A DNA stretch of 62,982 nucleotides, filler included, from Hyphochytrium catenoides (taxonomy: Eukaryota > Protista > Hyphochytriomycota), in NCBI GenBank assembly GCA_900088475.1. It is 8 parts of 8 records of this genome, joined end to end, with 100 filler letters (N's around TTAATTAATTAA, not from the genome) between each part and the next. Parts side by side here need not be neighbours in the genome. Positions count along the whole stretch, not along the records: positions 11,164 to 30,980 come from FLMG01002033.1; positions 31,081 to 52,668 come from FLMG01004109.1; 6 more parts are not named here. One strand, 5' to 3'. How positions within the stretch are numbered: position 1 is the first letter of the stretch; the number at the start of each line of letters is the position of its first letter. The notes beneath the pieces were generated by a model. The model saw nothing but the letters and a program-made list of their open reading frames with translations, had not been told where the DNA came from and did no database searches. Shown piece by piece: positions 24,418 to 37,503 of this stretch. The position numbers and the translations under genes were made by a program.

Positions 24418-27400
24418 ATGTCCGACACAAAGGTAGGCTTAAGAATTGGCAAGCCTGACGTTTCTATTTTTCTGATTCGCACCCACTATCTAGGATGCAG
24501 GGGACCAACTGCTTACTCCGGAGCAGCAGCAACTCGTTGCTAACGGAGGGTGTATAGACGATTACGAGGTAACCTTAAGGCATTAGAGATGCAGGCTGTA
24601 AAATAGCTCAAAGCGTCTATTGCTCTCTAGATCTTGAGACCAATTGGAAAAGGGAAGTTCTCCGTCGTCTACTGGGCGAAACGCCGGCGCGATGACTTAG
24701 CTGTTGCCATGAAGAAAATATCTATCGATACAATGGATGAAAAGGCACGAGAGAAGACATTGAAGGAGGTTAGTCGAGAAAATCGCAAGTAACCAGGAGT
24801 GCCAATCTAGTGCTTAAACTGCCCCTAAGGTTCGACTTCTCAAAGCAATCAGCCATCCCAATATCATCATGAATCATGACTCGTTTTTGAATGGCAATGA
24901 GCTGATCATAGTGTTGGAATGGGCAGAAGCTGGTGACCTCAAACGGCAGGTAATGACCTTGAACCTTAGCCTTCAAGTGCCCTGCAGTTCTGCATTAATG
25001 ACGTGGCCACCAGATCCGAAAGGCAAATGAGAAGAATATTCCCTTTGAAGAGCGTGTTATTTGGAAGTATTTCTCCCAGATTGCTGATGCTCTTTGTCAT
25101 ATGCATGAGAGAAGGATCATGCACAGAGACTTAAAGCCAGCCAATATATTCCTCACGCTCAATGGAACTGTTAAAGTATGTAGGAGATACTCTGTTGAGC
25201 GTTAGTCTGGCTTTTAGGTCTTCTCTCCTGACTCCCTTGGCATTTCGCTTAAAGGATGCTGCCTCTACAAATGTTTTTGTCCTGGCTTTCTCACTCGCAA
25301 TTGCTTTCTAGGTCGGAGACCTGGGATTGTCTCGAATGCTGAGCGACAACACTATGGAAGCGCATTCAAAAGTCGGAACACCATTATACATGTCGCCAGA
25401 AGTGCTGCAGGGAAAGGGCTATGACTTCAAGTCGGACATCTGGTCCTTGGGCTGCATACTCTATGAATTGGCAATGTTGCGCTCTCCCTTTAAGAGTGAA
25501 GGACTTAATCTGTATGGTCTCTTCCAAAAAATCAGCAAGGTATGCCACTTCTTCTTCTTGCATTATAAGCCGACAGTGCGGCCATAATCTTACTTCTCGC
25601 TTCTGCAAACTGTAATCTGTAAAGGGTGAATATGAGCCCGTGCGAGACACTTTCAGTGTGGAGCTTCGGGATCTTTGTCATCAAATGCTGAGCTTGGATT
25701 CCAAGCAGCGGCCAACCGTTGAGGAGGTAAGCGGCAACCTCTACCCTGCTACCCCGCTGCTTTACTTCTTACTTCAAAGAAAGGTTGGGGCTTGTTAAAA
25801 GGAGCTCTGTCCCTTTCCCTATACAACCTCCCCCATCCGATTGGTACAGCAAGCGGTTCGGCGGTATGCCGTTGTCACTCACGACATTCTTTTTGTATGT
25901 AGGTAGCCGGAAAAGCCAGGGCATATAGGAAGGCCTTTAGAGGCAAACTTAGGAGACCTAGCTCAACGTCCGGCTCAGGTTCTAGTCAGGATATAAGATC
26001 TAGGCCTAGCAGCGGCGGTAGTCTCCTCAGTACCGTGCGTCCGGGCAGCGCTCTGGCATCCAGAGAAGTGTCTCAGGGCGGCCCTGGAGAAGGGAATAGC
26101 GAGACATTAATTGCTGTTCGAAAGCCACCTTCCCATCCTGTAGAGTCCTTGGAAGGCCCGAATTTTGACGAGCTGCTAGATATGGAGTTCGTGGCCGATA
26201 GACTGCAAGTGTTGGGTTATCAGGTGAGGGGCTGCTTTTATATCTTTAAGGCTCTCATAAGTGCACTATCCCGTCTAGGTGTCTCCATTTGTATTTCATC
26301 TCTTCTTAGGTCCTTTGCCCTCCGCTTCTTACAGTTCTGTGTATTCGTGACAGGACGGGTACAATGGAAAGTATAAGGTATCTTGCATCTCGAGATACTA
26401 CTTTCTTAGGGAAGCAGCTTCGTTACCAAGAAGAGAGAAGGTATGTCGCCTTTGCTTTAGACCCCAGGCAGTTCATCCTAACTCATTCCTGAATTCGCCC
26501 ATGACGACTAAGAACCAGAGTTCATCCAGCAATTTCTTTGAGTTTGTTTCCCTTGCGCCATCTCCGTCCTCTTTTCCCTAAAAGCTAGGCTTAACCCCGC
26601 TCTGTCTGTCGTCGTCCCCTTAGTTCTATGAGTTTATCAACTTAGCTCTATGGGCTCTGCAACTATCGGGCCATGAGACTTTTGAAGTTTCGGATGAAGA
26701 AGCTCCTCTGAAACTATGTGCACAGCTCTTGGTAAACTTAGAAAAAGCAGGTGAAGAGACCTTCATCCCCCGATAAAGTCTATCGCTCTCTATTCTGCTA
26801 AACTTCTCACCCCATATGTTCGTCTCTCCCGGAGCCCGTGCATCTGGCCATTCGATACTAGATCTGCTTCCTCTTAGTGCCTCTTCTGATCGCCGGCAGC
26901 ATGCTATGTGTGATTATTTTGGCTCCTTTACTATATTTTGCTGACCATGTAGTTATTTCAAAGGTAGCACTCTTCTTATTATAAAGGAATATTGATAGAG
27001 TTTTTCTCCTCTTCTTACGACCAGGAGTGCCGTCAGCAGACTTTGCTGGTATTACTTCCGCATCTCTTGTGTCAGGTAGTGGCCCTCAGGTGTGCCGGGT
27101 TCTTCGCCTCTTACTGACAAGCCAAAGTTCCACTCCACGACTTTTGCGGCCCAGGTGAACTTCTTACTATTGACTTCTTTCATTTGATGTTGGCCACCCG
27201 GTCGTGGCCCTACAGGACCTCTTCTTATCTCTCTTCGTTTGATCCCACCTTGCTCCATCCCTTTCTTACCCTTCCTATACCACCGTGTCTTTCTTCAGCT
27301 CCCTTCTGATTTGGTCCTTGGGATAGTGATGCAAATGGTACCTACCCACTTTGCGGGACTCAGTTGCTTGGGCCACTGTCGGCATTCTTCTCTCAGCTAC

Positions 27401-28817
27401 CCCTTAATAGAGTACCAGGAGGATGCGCAGATCGATGACAATGCTGGAGAGGAGATATCTGAAGCGGAAGAGGAGGAAGAATGCCTATACGAGGAGGAGG
27501 CTTATGACTTTCAGTAAGTAACTCACCCGGAACTCTTTAGACCATGGTAGTTGACATTAGGCACAGCATCGCTGATAAAATGGAAGACCCCATTCTGCCC
27601 AGTATGAATCCCTCCGAGTGGCGAAATGAGGTAGAGAGAGTGTCATCTCGCCTCTCAAGAAGTGCAACCGGAATCGCCTCAACTGCCGTGATCAACCAGG
27701 GTACGGCGACCTCGAAGCTCCGCCTTAAGAGTCGTTAGAAATTTAAGCCATAGCACTCTGGCTGACATAATGATGCGTATTGTATCAGGCCCAAGTTGGA
27801 TGTCCAGAATGGCTAATGTCCAGGGACATGCGATTGCGCTGGGCATTGAGTCCCATCAGACAGCCCCAAGCGTGAATAAGGACTCTTTCAAAGCACTTCA
27901 ATTGCTGGAACAGGTCAACCCTTCTAGCTTTATATATGTCGATCTTCGGCTTTGCTGCTTCACCTAACAGCTGTCTGTACGCCTGTCGATCCTCCTCCCC
28001 TATTGTTGCAGTCCGTCTTCAAGGATATTGTGGCCATAGAGAAGCGTGAGAGATACATATCTCGCTCGCTGCCAGGACTCGCTTTAGAACATGCTGAAAG
28101 TAGACAGAGACATCAAGTCCTGAGGGCTAAACTGGAAGCCAAAGCGGTATCAGGACTAGCCGTCGCACCTGTCCGCAAGACACTTAATAACTGACATTTA
28201 CCTGGCATATTTTTCCGTTCTACACCCCAACTCTGCTCTGTCTCGCATGTTGCATTCACTTTCAGAGCGTGCGATCACAACTTTCGTCCCAGTTATCAGT
28301 CCTGATGGACGATTTGGCAACGATGAAGGAAAAACTGCAGAGCAAGACGGACAGTCTGTCCGGCCAAGGTGACTCGGTCCTAAAGCTAAAACTGGTGTGT
28401 ACGGCATTCTTGCCAAATGGCCAAAGTGCCCTAGTCTCAAAGAGTACTGACTGGGATCCTTGCTACACTCTATCTTCTTTTGTCTGGCAACATCTTCATG
28501 CTTGCTCTCCAGGCTATTAAGGATCTTCGAGGAACGGGGAGGACTTCAGAAGTTCAGCTTGGCCTTCTGCGTCACAGCTTGATGCGGAAGCAGCTTCAAA
28601 CACAGTAAGTGTTTGTCCCTGGTGGCGTGGGAATGTTGGGCTCCAAAGTGAAGTAGATAGACAGAAGGGGTGGCAAACAGAAAAGATCCCCATAGAGTTT
28701 GTTGATAACAGGATTTGTTGCGCTCTATATCATGCTATTTCGGCTAGAACTGAGCTTCGGAAGAGAGAGTCAAGGAAACCAAGAAAAGAGGATAAAGACA
28801 ACCAGAAGGAAGACTGA
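24418..28817 (+). CDS. NEK6/7-like Ser/Thr kinase with a C-terminal IFT57-like region, multi-exon
   Basis: Kinase motifs: [60 protein letters not shown]-terminal exons: [23 protein letters not shown], acidic linker, [27 protein letters not shown]. End is 28608 or 28817. Confidence 0.9.
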
Positions 28818-28887
28818 ATCCAGCGGCCTGTAACATCTATTATGCAGTGCCCTCTCCGTTTATATATTTAGCGGTGTAGGGGCCAGC

Positions 28888-30478
28888 CTATCGCTTTGCT
28901 TTCCCCCTCTTCCTCTTGCAGCTTGAGCCCTTACCTCCTCCATTGTTGAGACTATGGGTGTATTGGCTAGTCCAGTCGTCCCCGGGCATTTTATCAGCAC
29001 GCAAGCTGGACGTGGAAGAAAGAGCAAGCTCAAGATTTATCAGAGACTGCTTGCAAAGACTAGCAACATCGTCGCCCCTAGGGTCTGTGGAACCCTTAAG
29101 CAGGGTGTCGTGGAGCCCCACAACTGTCCTTAACCTTTCCCGAAGCTCTGGTCTCTCTGACAGGATATGTAGTGCCAAAATAGCGTCGAAGCGCATCTCC
29201 TACAACAAAGCAGATGTGAGGTGAGAAATTTAACGGATGCAACAGCCGCGGACAAGAAAGCGACTCGATATGGAAGACATTGCAGGCCAGGAGGAATGCA
29301 GTTAGAAACTTGGAGCCTGGGGATTGAACTCTAAACTTACAGGCGAGAGAGGGCTTGCTGCCATATGTACAAGGCATTCCGGGAGGATGGCACCCTCCTT
29401 TAAACCCGGTCGACCGCCAGCCATGCGGTATACAGCCATCACAGCCACTTCCTTGATTTCTGGGGCATTTGAGGGATCAGCCACTATTCGAGTTAGTGCC
29501 TTGGGAAGAACAACAGAAGCAGTGTCTGAAGTTAATGCTTGCGATAGGGATACCACTAGACTGGTAGGGCAAACTCACCGAGGCCAGTTTTAGACAACAA
29601 AGCTGATGTCTGCTCCTATCACTATCAATAACGTTATGCAGTGTGGCCACCACATGAAATAACAGCTCCTGCACGCCCAAGCTAAGGAGCTTACGAAGTG
29701 TGTTCGGGACGCCTGCTGCGACCATTGGCTCTGAGATTCCGGGACAGGTTGATAGGGCTTCCAGACACTACAAATAAAAGCAAGAGTGTCTGTTAAGATG
29801 CCACTTATCTAACGATCGTAACAGTAGCAAAGGTACAAGCCTAAGGCTATTTTAGTGGCAAAAGCAGCGAGTGATATGGAAGAGGTCAGCCAATACCAAG
29901 GTAATTTCTCGTACCTGGACGGCCCGGATGCGTTGAACAGAAGAACAAATTGCAGGTTCATTGATTGACTGCTCCAAAAAGACTAATAGACGTGGAATGT
30001 AGGTTGCCGCACACTGATTAATAGAAGGAAGCTTCAAGACTATAAGTGAGGCAATAGCATCGAGGGCCACAGCAGGATCCTGAGCCAGGTTTAACTTGAT
30101 GGTCTTCTTCGCTGCTGGATAATCCGTAGCCGCATTCGAGGTGCACCTAAGTTCGTTTGCGTATGCGCACACGTCGGCGTAGGGGAAGACAGATTAAATA
30201 ATGAATGAGATGCTACATGGTAAAGTATTGCTGTCCAAAGGATCCGTACCCCCATTCTATTAGCTGACTTATCAGCTTCTTGGCTAGAATATACTCTGTC
30301 AGGTCCTTTGCAAAACCGACGTCCGTGGCTGCGCAGCGATAAGCGCGGTTAGATCCGCCCCCTCCTAATATGGTAAGAACATCTTACAGGTGCAAGTCCG
30401 TAAAAAGTCTGGCGCCGCTGGGTCTCCGGCGAGGAGCTTCTCTAGTGCTCCTTTAACCGACACGGTGGCCTTAGCCAT
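28888..30478 (-). CDS. Probable ARM/HEAT-like helical repeat protein, multi-exon
   Basis: Leu/Ala-rich amphipathic exons (MVAAGVPNTLRKLL, HVVATLHNV, EVAVMAVYRMA, RFDAILALHILS) with GT-AG introns. Convergent with the NEK gene. Confidence 0.55.
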
Positions 30479-31331
30479 GTTGGCTCTTGACCTTCAGCGC
30501 AGGTAGAGCCTTCCCTTCTAAGCGATCTCAAATCTAGAGGTTTTCAATGATAGCCCTGAATCTCAGCTTTTGGAATCTACCTACGGGTCGATATGGAGCT
30601 TCGTCTGTTGCTCCGTAATCGCAATAATCTTTGCCAAAACGGTTCTTATAGGTCTTCAGAATTCAGAAGCCATGCATTCTTGACATTCGAATATCACTTA
30701 CGTGGCGTCAAAATTGCCATCGAAAGTCGATTTTTCACTGTTTTGAGGTTGACCCCAAATAATTCACGTACGGAACACTGTATTCTGGATGAATCACAGC
30801 TCTAGAGAGCATAAGCGACAACGGGCTCCACTCTATCCGTAATTCCTTGCATTAGACCAATTAGGGCGTGTTGTTGAGGTTGGGTCTCTGAGTCTTTCCG
30901 TCTTTCATTGTCTGGTCTCGCAGACCGTAATTCATCGGCGAACTACCTATAGGAGTGGGCCATCTCAACGTTTGTCAAAANNNNNNNNNNNNNNNNNNNN
31001 NNNNNNNNNNNNNNNNNNNNNNNNTTAATTAATTAANNNNNNNNNNNNNNNNNNNNNNNNNNNNNNNNNNNNNNNNNNNNATCGAAATTGGGCCCAAAGG
31101 GGCTACAACTTTCAGGCGTTGGAGGGTTAATGTTAGAGCGTCGCTTCCTCTAGAGAAGAACCACCATTCCCACCATTAACAGCAGCTTATTTGTAATAAC
31201 CCAACTTTTGATAGCTTTGATTAGGAATATACCAGTGAAGAACAAGAAACGGCATGACCGTCCGTTATGAGAAGAAAGGACACTTTTGATAGAAAATGAA
31301 CCGCAAGGGTTCAGGATCCCTCCTCCGTGGT

Positions 31332-31364
<33 letters not shown>

Positions 31365-31720
31365 GCTCGCTCTCTCTCTCTCTCTCTCTCGCTCTCTTTC
31401 TCGCTCTCGCTCTCTCTCCTTTCTCTTCCTTTCTCCCCCTCCCACTCTCTCTCACTCTTCTTTCTCTTTCTCTTTTCAACGATGAGATTTCTCCCTCGTC
31501 TTCCTTCTCCGCCTCGCTCTTCAAGCGTTTCTATTCTACTTCTCCTCTCTCCTCTCTCTTTTTCTCTCTCTCTCTCTCTCTCTGGGTCTCTTCCTCTCCC
31601 CGTCTCCCTGCTTACTCTGTCGTTTTCCTGCGGTCAATCTACGGCAGCTAGTGGCAATGAAGCAGCCCAATCACTCCTTTCTCCTTCTCCCTAGGTGAAC
31701 CAGGAAGAGGAGAGGAACGG

Positions 31721-31751
<31 letters not shown>

Positions 31752-32315
31752 TAGAGAGACAGAGACTACAGAAAGAAAGAGAGAGAGTCTATAGAGGAGG
31801 AGACAGAGGAATCCCAACAGAGAGAAAAGAGGAGACAAAATGCAGCCCGAACCCGCACAAAGTCGAGAAGAGAGGCAACCAAGCTGTGGAGCGAAGGTAG
31901 TGAGAGAGAGAGGATCAGGGGATCTTTGTTTGTCGTACCAATGTGCAGAGAAAGAGAGAGACAAGCAGACAGGAGACAGACAGATAGAGAGAACTAGCAA
32001 GAGAGAGAGAAGAGAGAGAGAGAGATCCTGCAGGCCAGAGCCCCTAGCACTAGATGCTTGGCTGCTGCTGCTTCCCTTGGCAATAACCTTTCCCAGGCGA
32101 GAAACGCTGGCGCGGTCCCCCTTCTGCGCCTCTCTCTCTCTCCAATGTCCGGAGAGGATGTTGGTTTCTGAATGAATAGCGCAGAGGGGATGTAGCAGCA
32201 CTGATAGCTAACGTGGCGAGGACAGAGAGCGAGAGAGAGACAGAGACAGAGAGAGAGAGAGAGAACCAAACAAGGGCAGTATCTCCTTCTTCTCTTCTTC
32301 TTCTACCCCACCATC

Positions 32316-34153
32316 ATGCCGACGAAAGGAAGCAACAGCGTCTTCTCCACCCAGTTGACATACGATGAGAGAAGAGAAACAAGAAAGAAAGCTTCCAAAA
32401 GAGGAGAGAAAGTGGCGTTAGTTCTTTCTCTCTCTCTCGATGCTCTTCTTCTTCTCTTTTGCAGCGCTCTGGTGACTACACTCTCTCTTCTTCTCTACAC
32501 TCTCGCCGTCCAGCGCTGGCCCCAGCCTGCCACAGTCCACTACTGCCTTAACGCCTGTCCGGGGAGAGAGAGAGAGAGAGAGTGCAGCGGCACCTTTCCT
32601 TTTGTCTCTCTCTGTGCACTGTCTAATACCCTTGGTGGCTATCTTGGTGGCTATCTTTATGGGACGTTTGCGAGCGTCCCTGGGAGCTATGCGGCAGTCG
32701 CCTACTCTTATAGAGAGATCTTCGGCTCTTCTCCTAGGGCAAAGACGAGAGAGAGAGTCTTCTTTGGCGTCTCTCTCTTCGTCCCGCTGGCAGGAGGAAT
32801 GTACGCGGTAGAAGTCTTTCTCTTGGGCTCCAATGTCTTTGCAGGGCAAAGCTTCTTTGCCTTGTTGAATGTATGGATGTTCTATGATGGGCAGCTGCAA
32901 GAGTTTCTCTTGCGCTTCGTCTCTAACTTTCTCTCTTCTCTCGCCGGGATCGTTGTTCTCCACGGCGTCTTTCCTATCATTCTCTCTTCTCCTCGAGAAG
33001 ACGGACTGCTGTCCTCTCTTCAGGTCAATCTTATCATCACGTTTGTCCTCCCGGCAGTCTTCTTCTCTTTCTCTTTCGTCTCCAAGCTATGCATCAGACG
33101 GCTTATGGAGAAAGAGAGAAGAAGAAGAGACAAAGAAGGTAAAAAAGAGAGAGACATGGAAGAAGAGGAACCTCCTTACCCTTCCTTGCTCCTCATGTAC
33201 ATTCTCTACCAGCTGTTGCAGCTCACAGCGAGCATCAGCCGAGGGAGAGACTCTCTCAGCGTTGTCTCTCTCTCTATCCTCTCCTCTTGCGCGGGATACA
33301 TTCTCACTCTGGCTTGGAAACTCTACAAAGAAAGAAGAACGCTAACTCCTCCGGAGTTTGGCGGAGAGGAGAATGGAGAGAAAGAGAAGCCAGGAGAGAG
33401 AGAAAAGAAGAGAGAGAGCGTGCTAGGAGACACTTCCCTCTCCGCCATCGTCAGCTCTAAGAATGCCAAAGGGAAAGGAAGAAAGACAACACCCGAACCA
33501 CTATCGCCAACCTCCCTATCTCCTCTACCACCTCGCATAATAGACCCAGAGGCCACTGAAAAAGAGGAGAGAGAGAGAAAAGAAGAGGATACTTCCTCCA
33601 AGAGACAGCAAGAAACAGCCTGTTGGGTTCTCTCCTCGTCGTCTTCTTCTATGACTGCTCTTACGAAGACAGAGTTACAACCCTTCAAGAAGGAGAAAGA
33701 CTCACGGGAGAGAAGAAGAAGAGAGAAAGAGAGAGAGAGGACTCGGGGGACTACGGGACTGTGGCGGCAGATGGCTCTCTCTCTCATCGTTGCGACCATC
33801 TCCAGCGCGGCCATGCTGACTTCTGTCTCTCTCTTTCGGAACTATTTTCTTACAAAGCTTATTGCTAGTTCTCCCTGCTATCGCGCGGAGGCGTCTCTCT
33901 CTCTCTCTCTCGGGCTCCAGTGGCATCATCTCTATGTGATTCTCTCCGTGCTANNNNNNNNNNNNNNNNNNNNNNNNNNNNNNNNNNNNNNNNNNNNNNN
34001 NNNNNNAGAATCTTCAGAATAGTCTTCATGATGCAGATGCTCTACGGCCCCTTCCTCTCCACCTTGCTGCTCAACAGCTTGCTCCTCAGCCACACCACGC
34101 CGCCCAGGGATCTCTGCAAGTCTGCAGCTGCAGGAGGAGAGAGTTCAATCTGA
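32316..34153 (+). CDS. Multi-pass membrane protein of unknown family (contains an N gap)
   Basis: ATG-started ORF of more than 540 codons with many hydrophobic segments and charged loops. Confidence 0.65.
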
Positions 34154-35519
34154 AGAAACCTTAAGGTATGTGGAGGGCCGGAGCGAGAGAAGAGAGAGAG
34201 AGCGCCCTACCTACACAGCAGGATCAATTAGTCTTATGTTCCGCTCAACCTCTCAATATCAGCGCGAGCGCTCTTCTGGGCGCCCCTCGCATCATGCAAA
34301 ACCTCCATCAGCTTGCATTCTCGGAACCCGGGCAGCATGCAGTGCTGCCTTCGTCGCACGATCTCCATCATCGCTGTCTAAAAGAAANNNNNNNNNNNNN
34401 NNNNNNNNNNNNNNNNNNNNNNNNNNNNNNNNNNNNNNNNNNNNNNNNNNNNNNNNNNNNNGAGAGAGATCATATTTAGCTGAGGGCTTCCTCCGTGCGA
34501 GCTTGCTAGGTAGGTTCTATGATCAGATAGATGGTGGAGTTATGGAGCTACGGCCTGTGATAACAAACGTAGCCCATGGCAATGAGCCAGCGGAAGGAGT
34601 GAACAGAGGCCATGTATCCATAGCAAACTTCTCGCTCTCGTGGGAAGACGGGCATGTGGATGTAAGGCCCGCGGAGCGTGGGAAACTCACAGATTCAGAA
34701 GAAGGGAAAGGACGAAGAGGCTCAAGACTCCACTTCGTTCCCACTGCGTGCAAGCGGGTGGTAGAGGAGGAGAATCCTATACCCATCACGCGGCACTAAA
34801 GAAAGTAGCAGTTGCTGATGATTTCTTAGAAGAGCAGTCTCGGCAAACTTTTGCTTTGCTTTGTAAGTAGAGAAGTGATCTGCATTAATGAAGCGCTTCT
34901 TCTTGAGCTCATGGAGCTATTTGAAGCTTTTAACATGAGGAACTATGAGTGATCGCTAAAGTCCTCTTGAGGATGCTGTGGTGCTAGAGCTAAGCTAAAT
35001 CTTCTTCCTACTGCTATGTGAGGAGCTCCAAACTTCCTTTGTGAAAGCTGGCGACTGGTGTGAGCGGTGATTGTTCTCATTAGCTTGGCTGGTGGTGAGC
35101 TCAAGTTGACCTTTATAAAGGAGATCGGGTGCAATGACTGTGACACAACAGCAGGTGTGAAGGAAGGAGATTGATTCTCTTCTCACCTTGTTGATCCATT
35201 GATTGAATATATATTCCCTGTAGCTCTTCTGAAGACCTCAGACTCTGTATGGCAGCGTAATTCTGGGCCTATGCTTCTCCCACAGAGCTTTTGTTTTCTG
35301 ATAGAGCCTGACAGCTCTGAGCTTATCTTCCTTTGACATTTCTTCTATCTTCCCTTTCACTTTGATGCCTGCGCTTCTTGGCGCTAAACACGGTAGGAGC
35401 TAAGAGATAATAAAGTCATAGAGTATGAGCTAAGAAGTGTGGCGCGGTAACGCAAGTAGTAATAAGCTAAGCCTAAGCATGCAAAGAGTATGCACTTAGC
35501 AGAGAGGAAGCACCTCGTC

Positions 35520-37446
35520 GGCTAAGAAGATAGAGCCCTGAAGAGATCCTGAGGCGATGGTGATGTCCCGATGTGGACGGAGGAGGAAAAGATACACGTG
35601 TCCTTTCGAAGTCTAGCCGTTTGTTGCTAGCTTTGTAACGGACAGAGCCGCAATGTTTGACAAAGTTGAGAATCTCACTGTTTCCTTTTTTGCTGATGTC
35701 TTCGCCATAGATAAATGTTCTGGGGTAGAGTAGAGTCTGGTGACAGATCCAGAAAGACATGCAGACAAGAGCCAAGAAGGGTCAGCAGCAGCGTGGACTG
35801 GACGAGCCACATTTCAACAGGATGCGGCCAAGCTAAGTGTTGGCGCGGCGGGCGCTGGTGCGGGGCGGAAAGGGACAGGGTGGTAGCTCCTTTTCCCGAG
35901 AGCACAAGCCTTCACAATCGGGAAGTCTCCCACTGGCTAACGTAGGTAATAGGCTGGTAGCGACAGAAGGTAGGAGGCGAAGATTGTCGACGCCTAAGTG
36001 GCCGGTACGACGGTGCCAAGAGAGAGAGAAGAAGAAGAAGAAAATAGAGTTTGGGGTGGTGTTGACGAGGAAAAGGCACTAGGGGAAGAAGAAGAGGTGG
36101 AGAGGAGTCCAAAGTGCTGGTCTTGTACGTAACCTTGGGCATAGCTTATGCGAGCGAAGGGTCGCGGAAGAGAACAGAGGCTCCAGAGAAGACGGCTTCA
36201 AGGGCAGACAGCTTCAAGGGCAGGGGCGCTAGCAGCGGAGACACTGAGGAGATTCTGCCGAGCTCAGGGACATAAAGGACGTTAACGAGTGGGATGGTAG
36301 AGGGCTGCCCATCAACGTCGACAGAGAGAAAGATGTCGCCGTGGCCAGTGAGGGTGACAGAGCGGTTGTCGGCGACGTAGACGGCGGTGGGATCTGTATG
36401 GTGGAAGGTAGTAAACCACTACGTTGGCAGGACCTGTGCGTGGTAGCTCCGCTGTCAATGAGCCAGAGGGTTGACTCCTGAATCGCTGGAGGCGTAGAAT
36501 GAGTGACGGCAAAGCCGCGGGGCTACCGGGAGGCTTCGTCGCGTTGCTGCTTCTGGCATTCGTGCATCCAGTGGCCGGGCTGTGGCAGTAGTCGCAGGTG
36601 CCTTTGCGCTGCTGAGGGTCGGGAAGGTAAGGGCGTCATTGTGAGGTAGAATGGTTGGGACCGCCGCGCTGAGTCACATTAGCGCTGCGGAAGTGCACCT
36701 GTTTCAGTGGTCGTGCTTTAACGTCTGACACGGCGTATGCTCTCGTGCCAGGGTAGGTAGGGGTCTCTGAAGGGGCGTCAAGGCGACGGGCCTCTTCGTT
36801 GAAAATGCGGGCTTTCAAGAAGTCGATAGACAAATCATCTGGTCGGCTGTCAAGGGCAGTGACCAGGGAGGTGTAACTGTCAGGTAGGCTGTTTAAGACG
36901 ACAAGGACTTGCTCGTCTTCGTCAATGATGACACGGATGGCCCGTAGCTTATGGAGTAGAGTAGCCATCTGGTGGAAGAGCACCGCTCTCTTTATCAGCC
37001 ATACGCAGCTGCAGAGGTGGCCTGCGTAGGTATATCTTGTTAGCGAGGACCGGGATCTCGTACTGGCGCTTAAGGGCTTGCCATGCTTTGTCGGCAGTGT
37101 TGGCGCTGGGGACGTGGATGAGCTGATCGTCATCGATAGATAGGACGATAGCTGCCGAGGCTTTGTCCTCCTTGGCAGCGTCAGTGACCCTGAAGATAAG
37201 GCCTGACGCTTCATCGCTATCAGCAGCTCCTCTGCTGGACGTCTCAGCTCTGGGTGGAGAGATGGTGCCGCTGGGCTCGTTAATGCACTGGCGGATATCT
37301 TCGACGAGGACAATGAGCATCTTGACCTTCCAATCGTCGTAATTGGAGCCATTTAGCTTCTGGTTACGGCTAGCGAAGGTTGCGGGCTCCATTCTGAGAC
37401 TCTTCGTGGGCCTGGGCCTACGGAAGATGGTAGTTTGCTGCGTGCT
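35520..37446 (-). mobile_element. Degenerate Ty1/copia element: gag, zinc knuckle, protease and probable integrase remnants
   Basis: KLNGSNYDDWKVKML, VVLNSLPDSY and frameshifted CDYCH..GHWMHEC. ATG at 37392. Left boundary approximate. Confidence 0.88.
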
Positions 37447-37503
37447 GTCAGAAGACAACCAGCTCCATTACAGCTTATAAAGTTTGCCAGAGACTGCTCT
37501 TCT

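Noticed and set aside
16800-30478. A flagellar gene cluster (AK-PH, NEK-IFT57, ARM protein)
   Set aside because: Only the IFT57-like region is clearly ciliary, and neighbourhood alone is weak evidence in a eukaryote.
31150-32269. Many ERER/SLSL ORFs (also 53486-54193, 56134-57085, 59738-61273)
   Set aside because: Stop-poor microsatellite DNA produces spurious ORFs, and no motifs were recognised.
34900-35380. Possible decayed transposase HTH on the minus strand (MSKEDKLRAVRLYQK)
   Set aside because: One short motif interrupted by stops, with no DDE domain or TIRs found.
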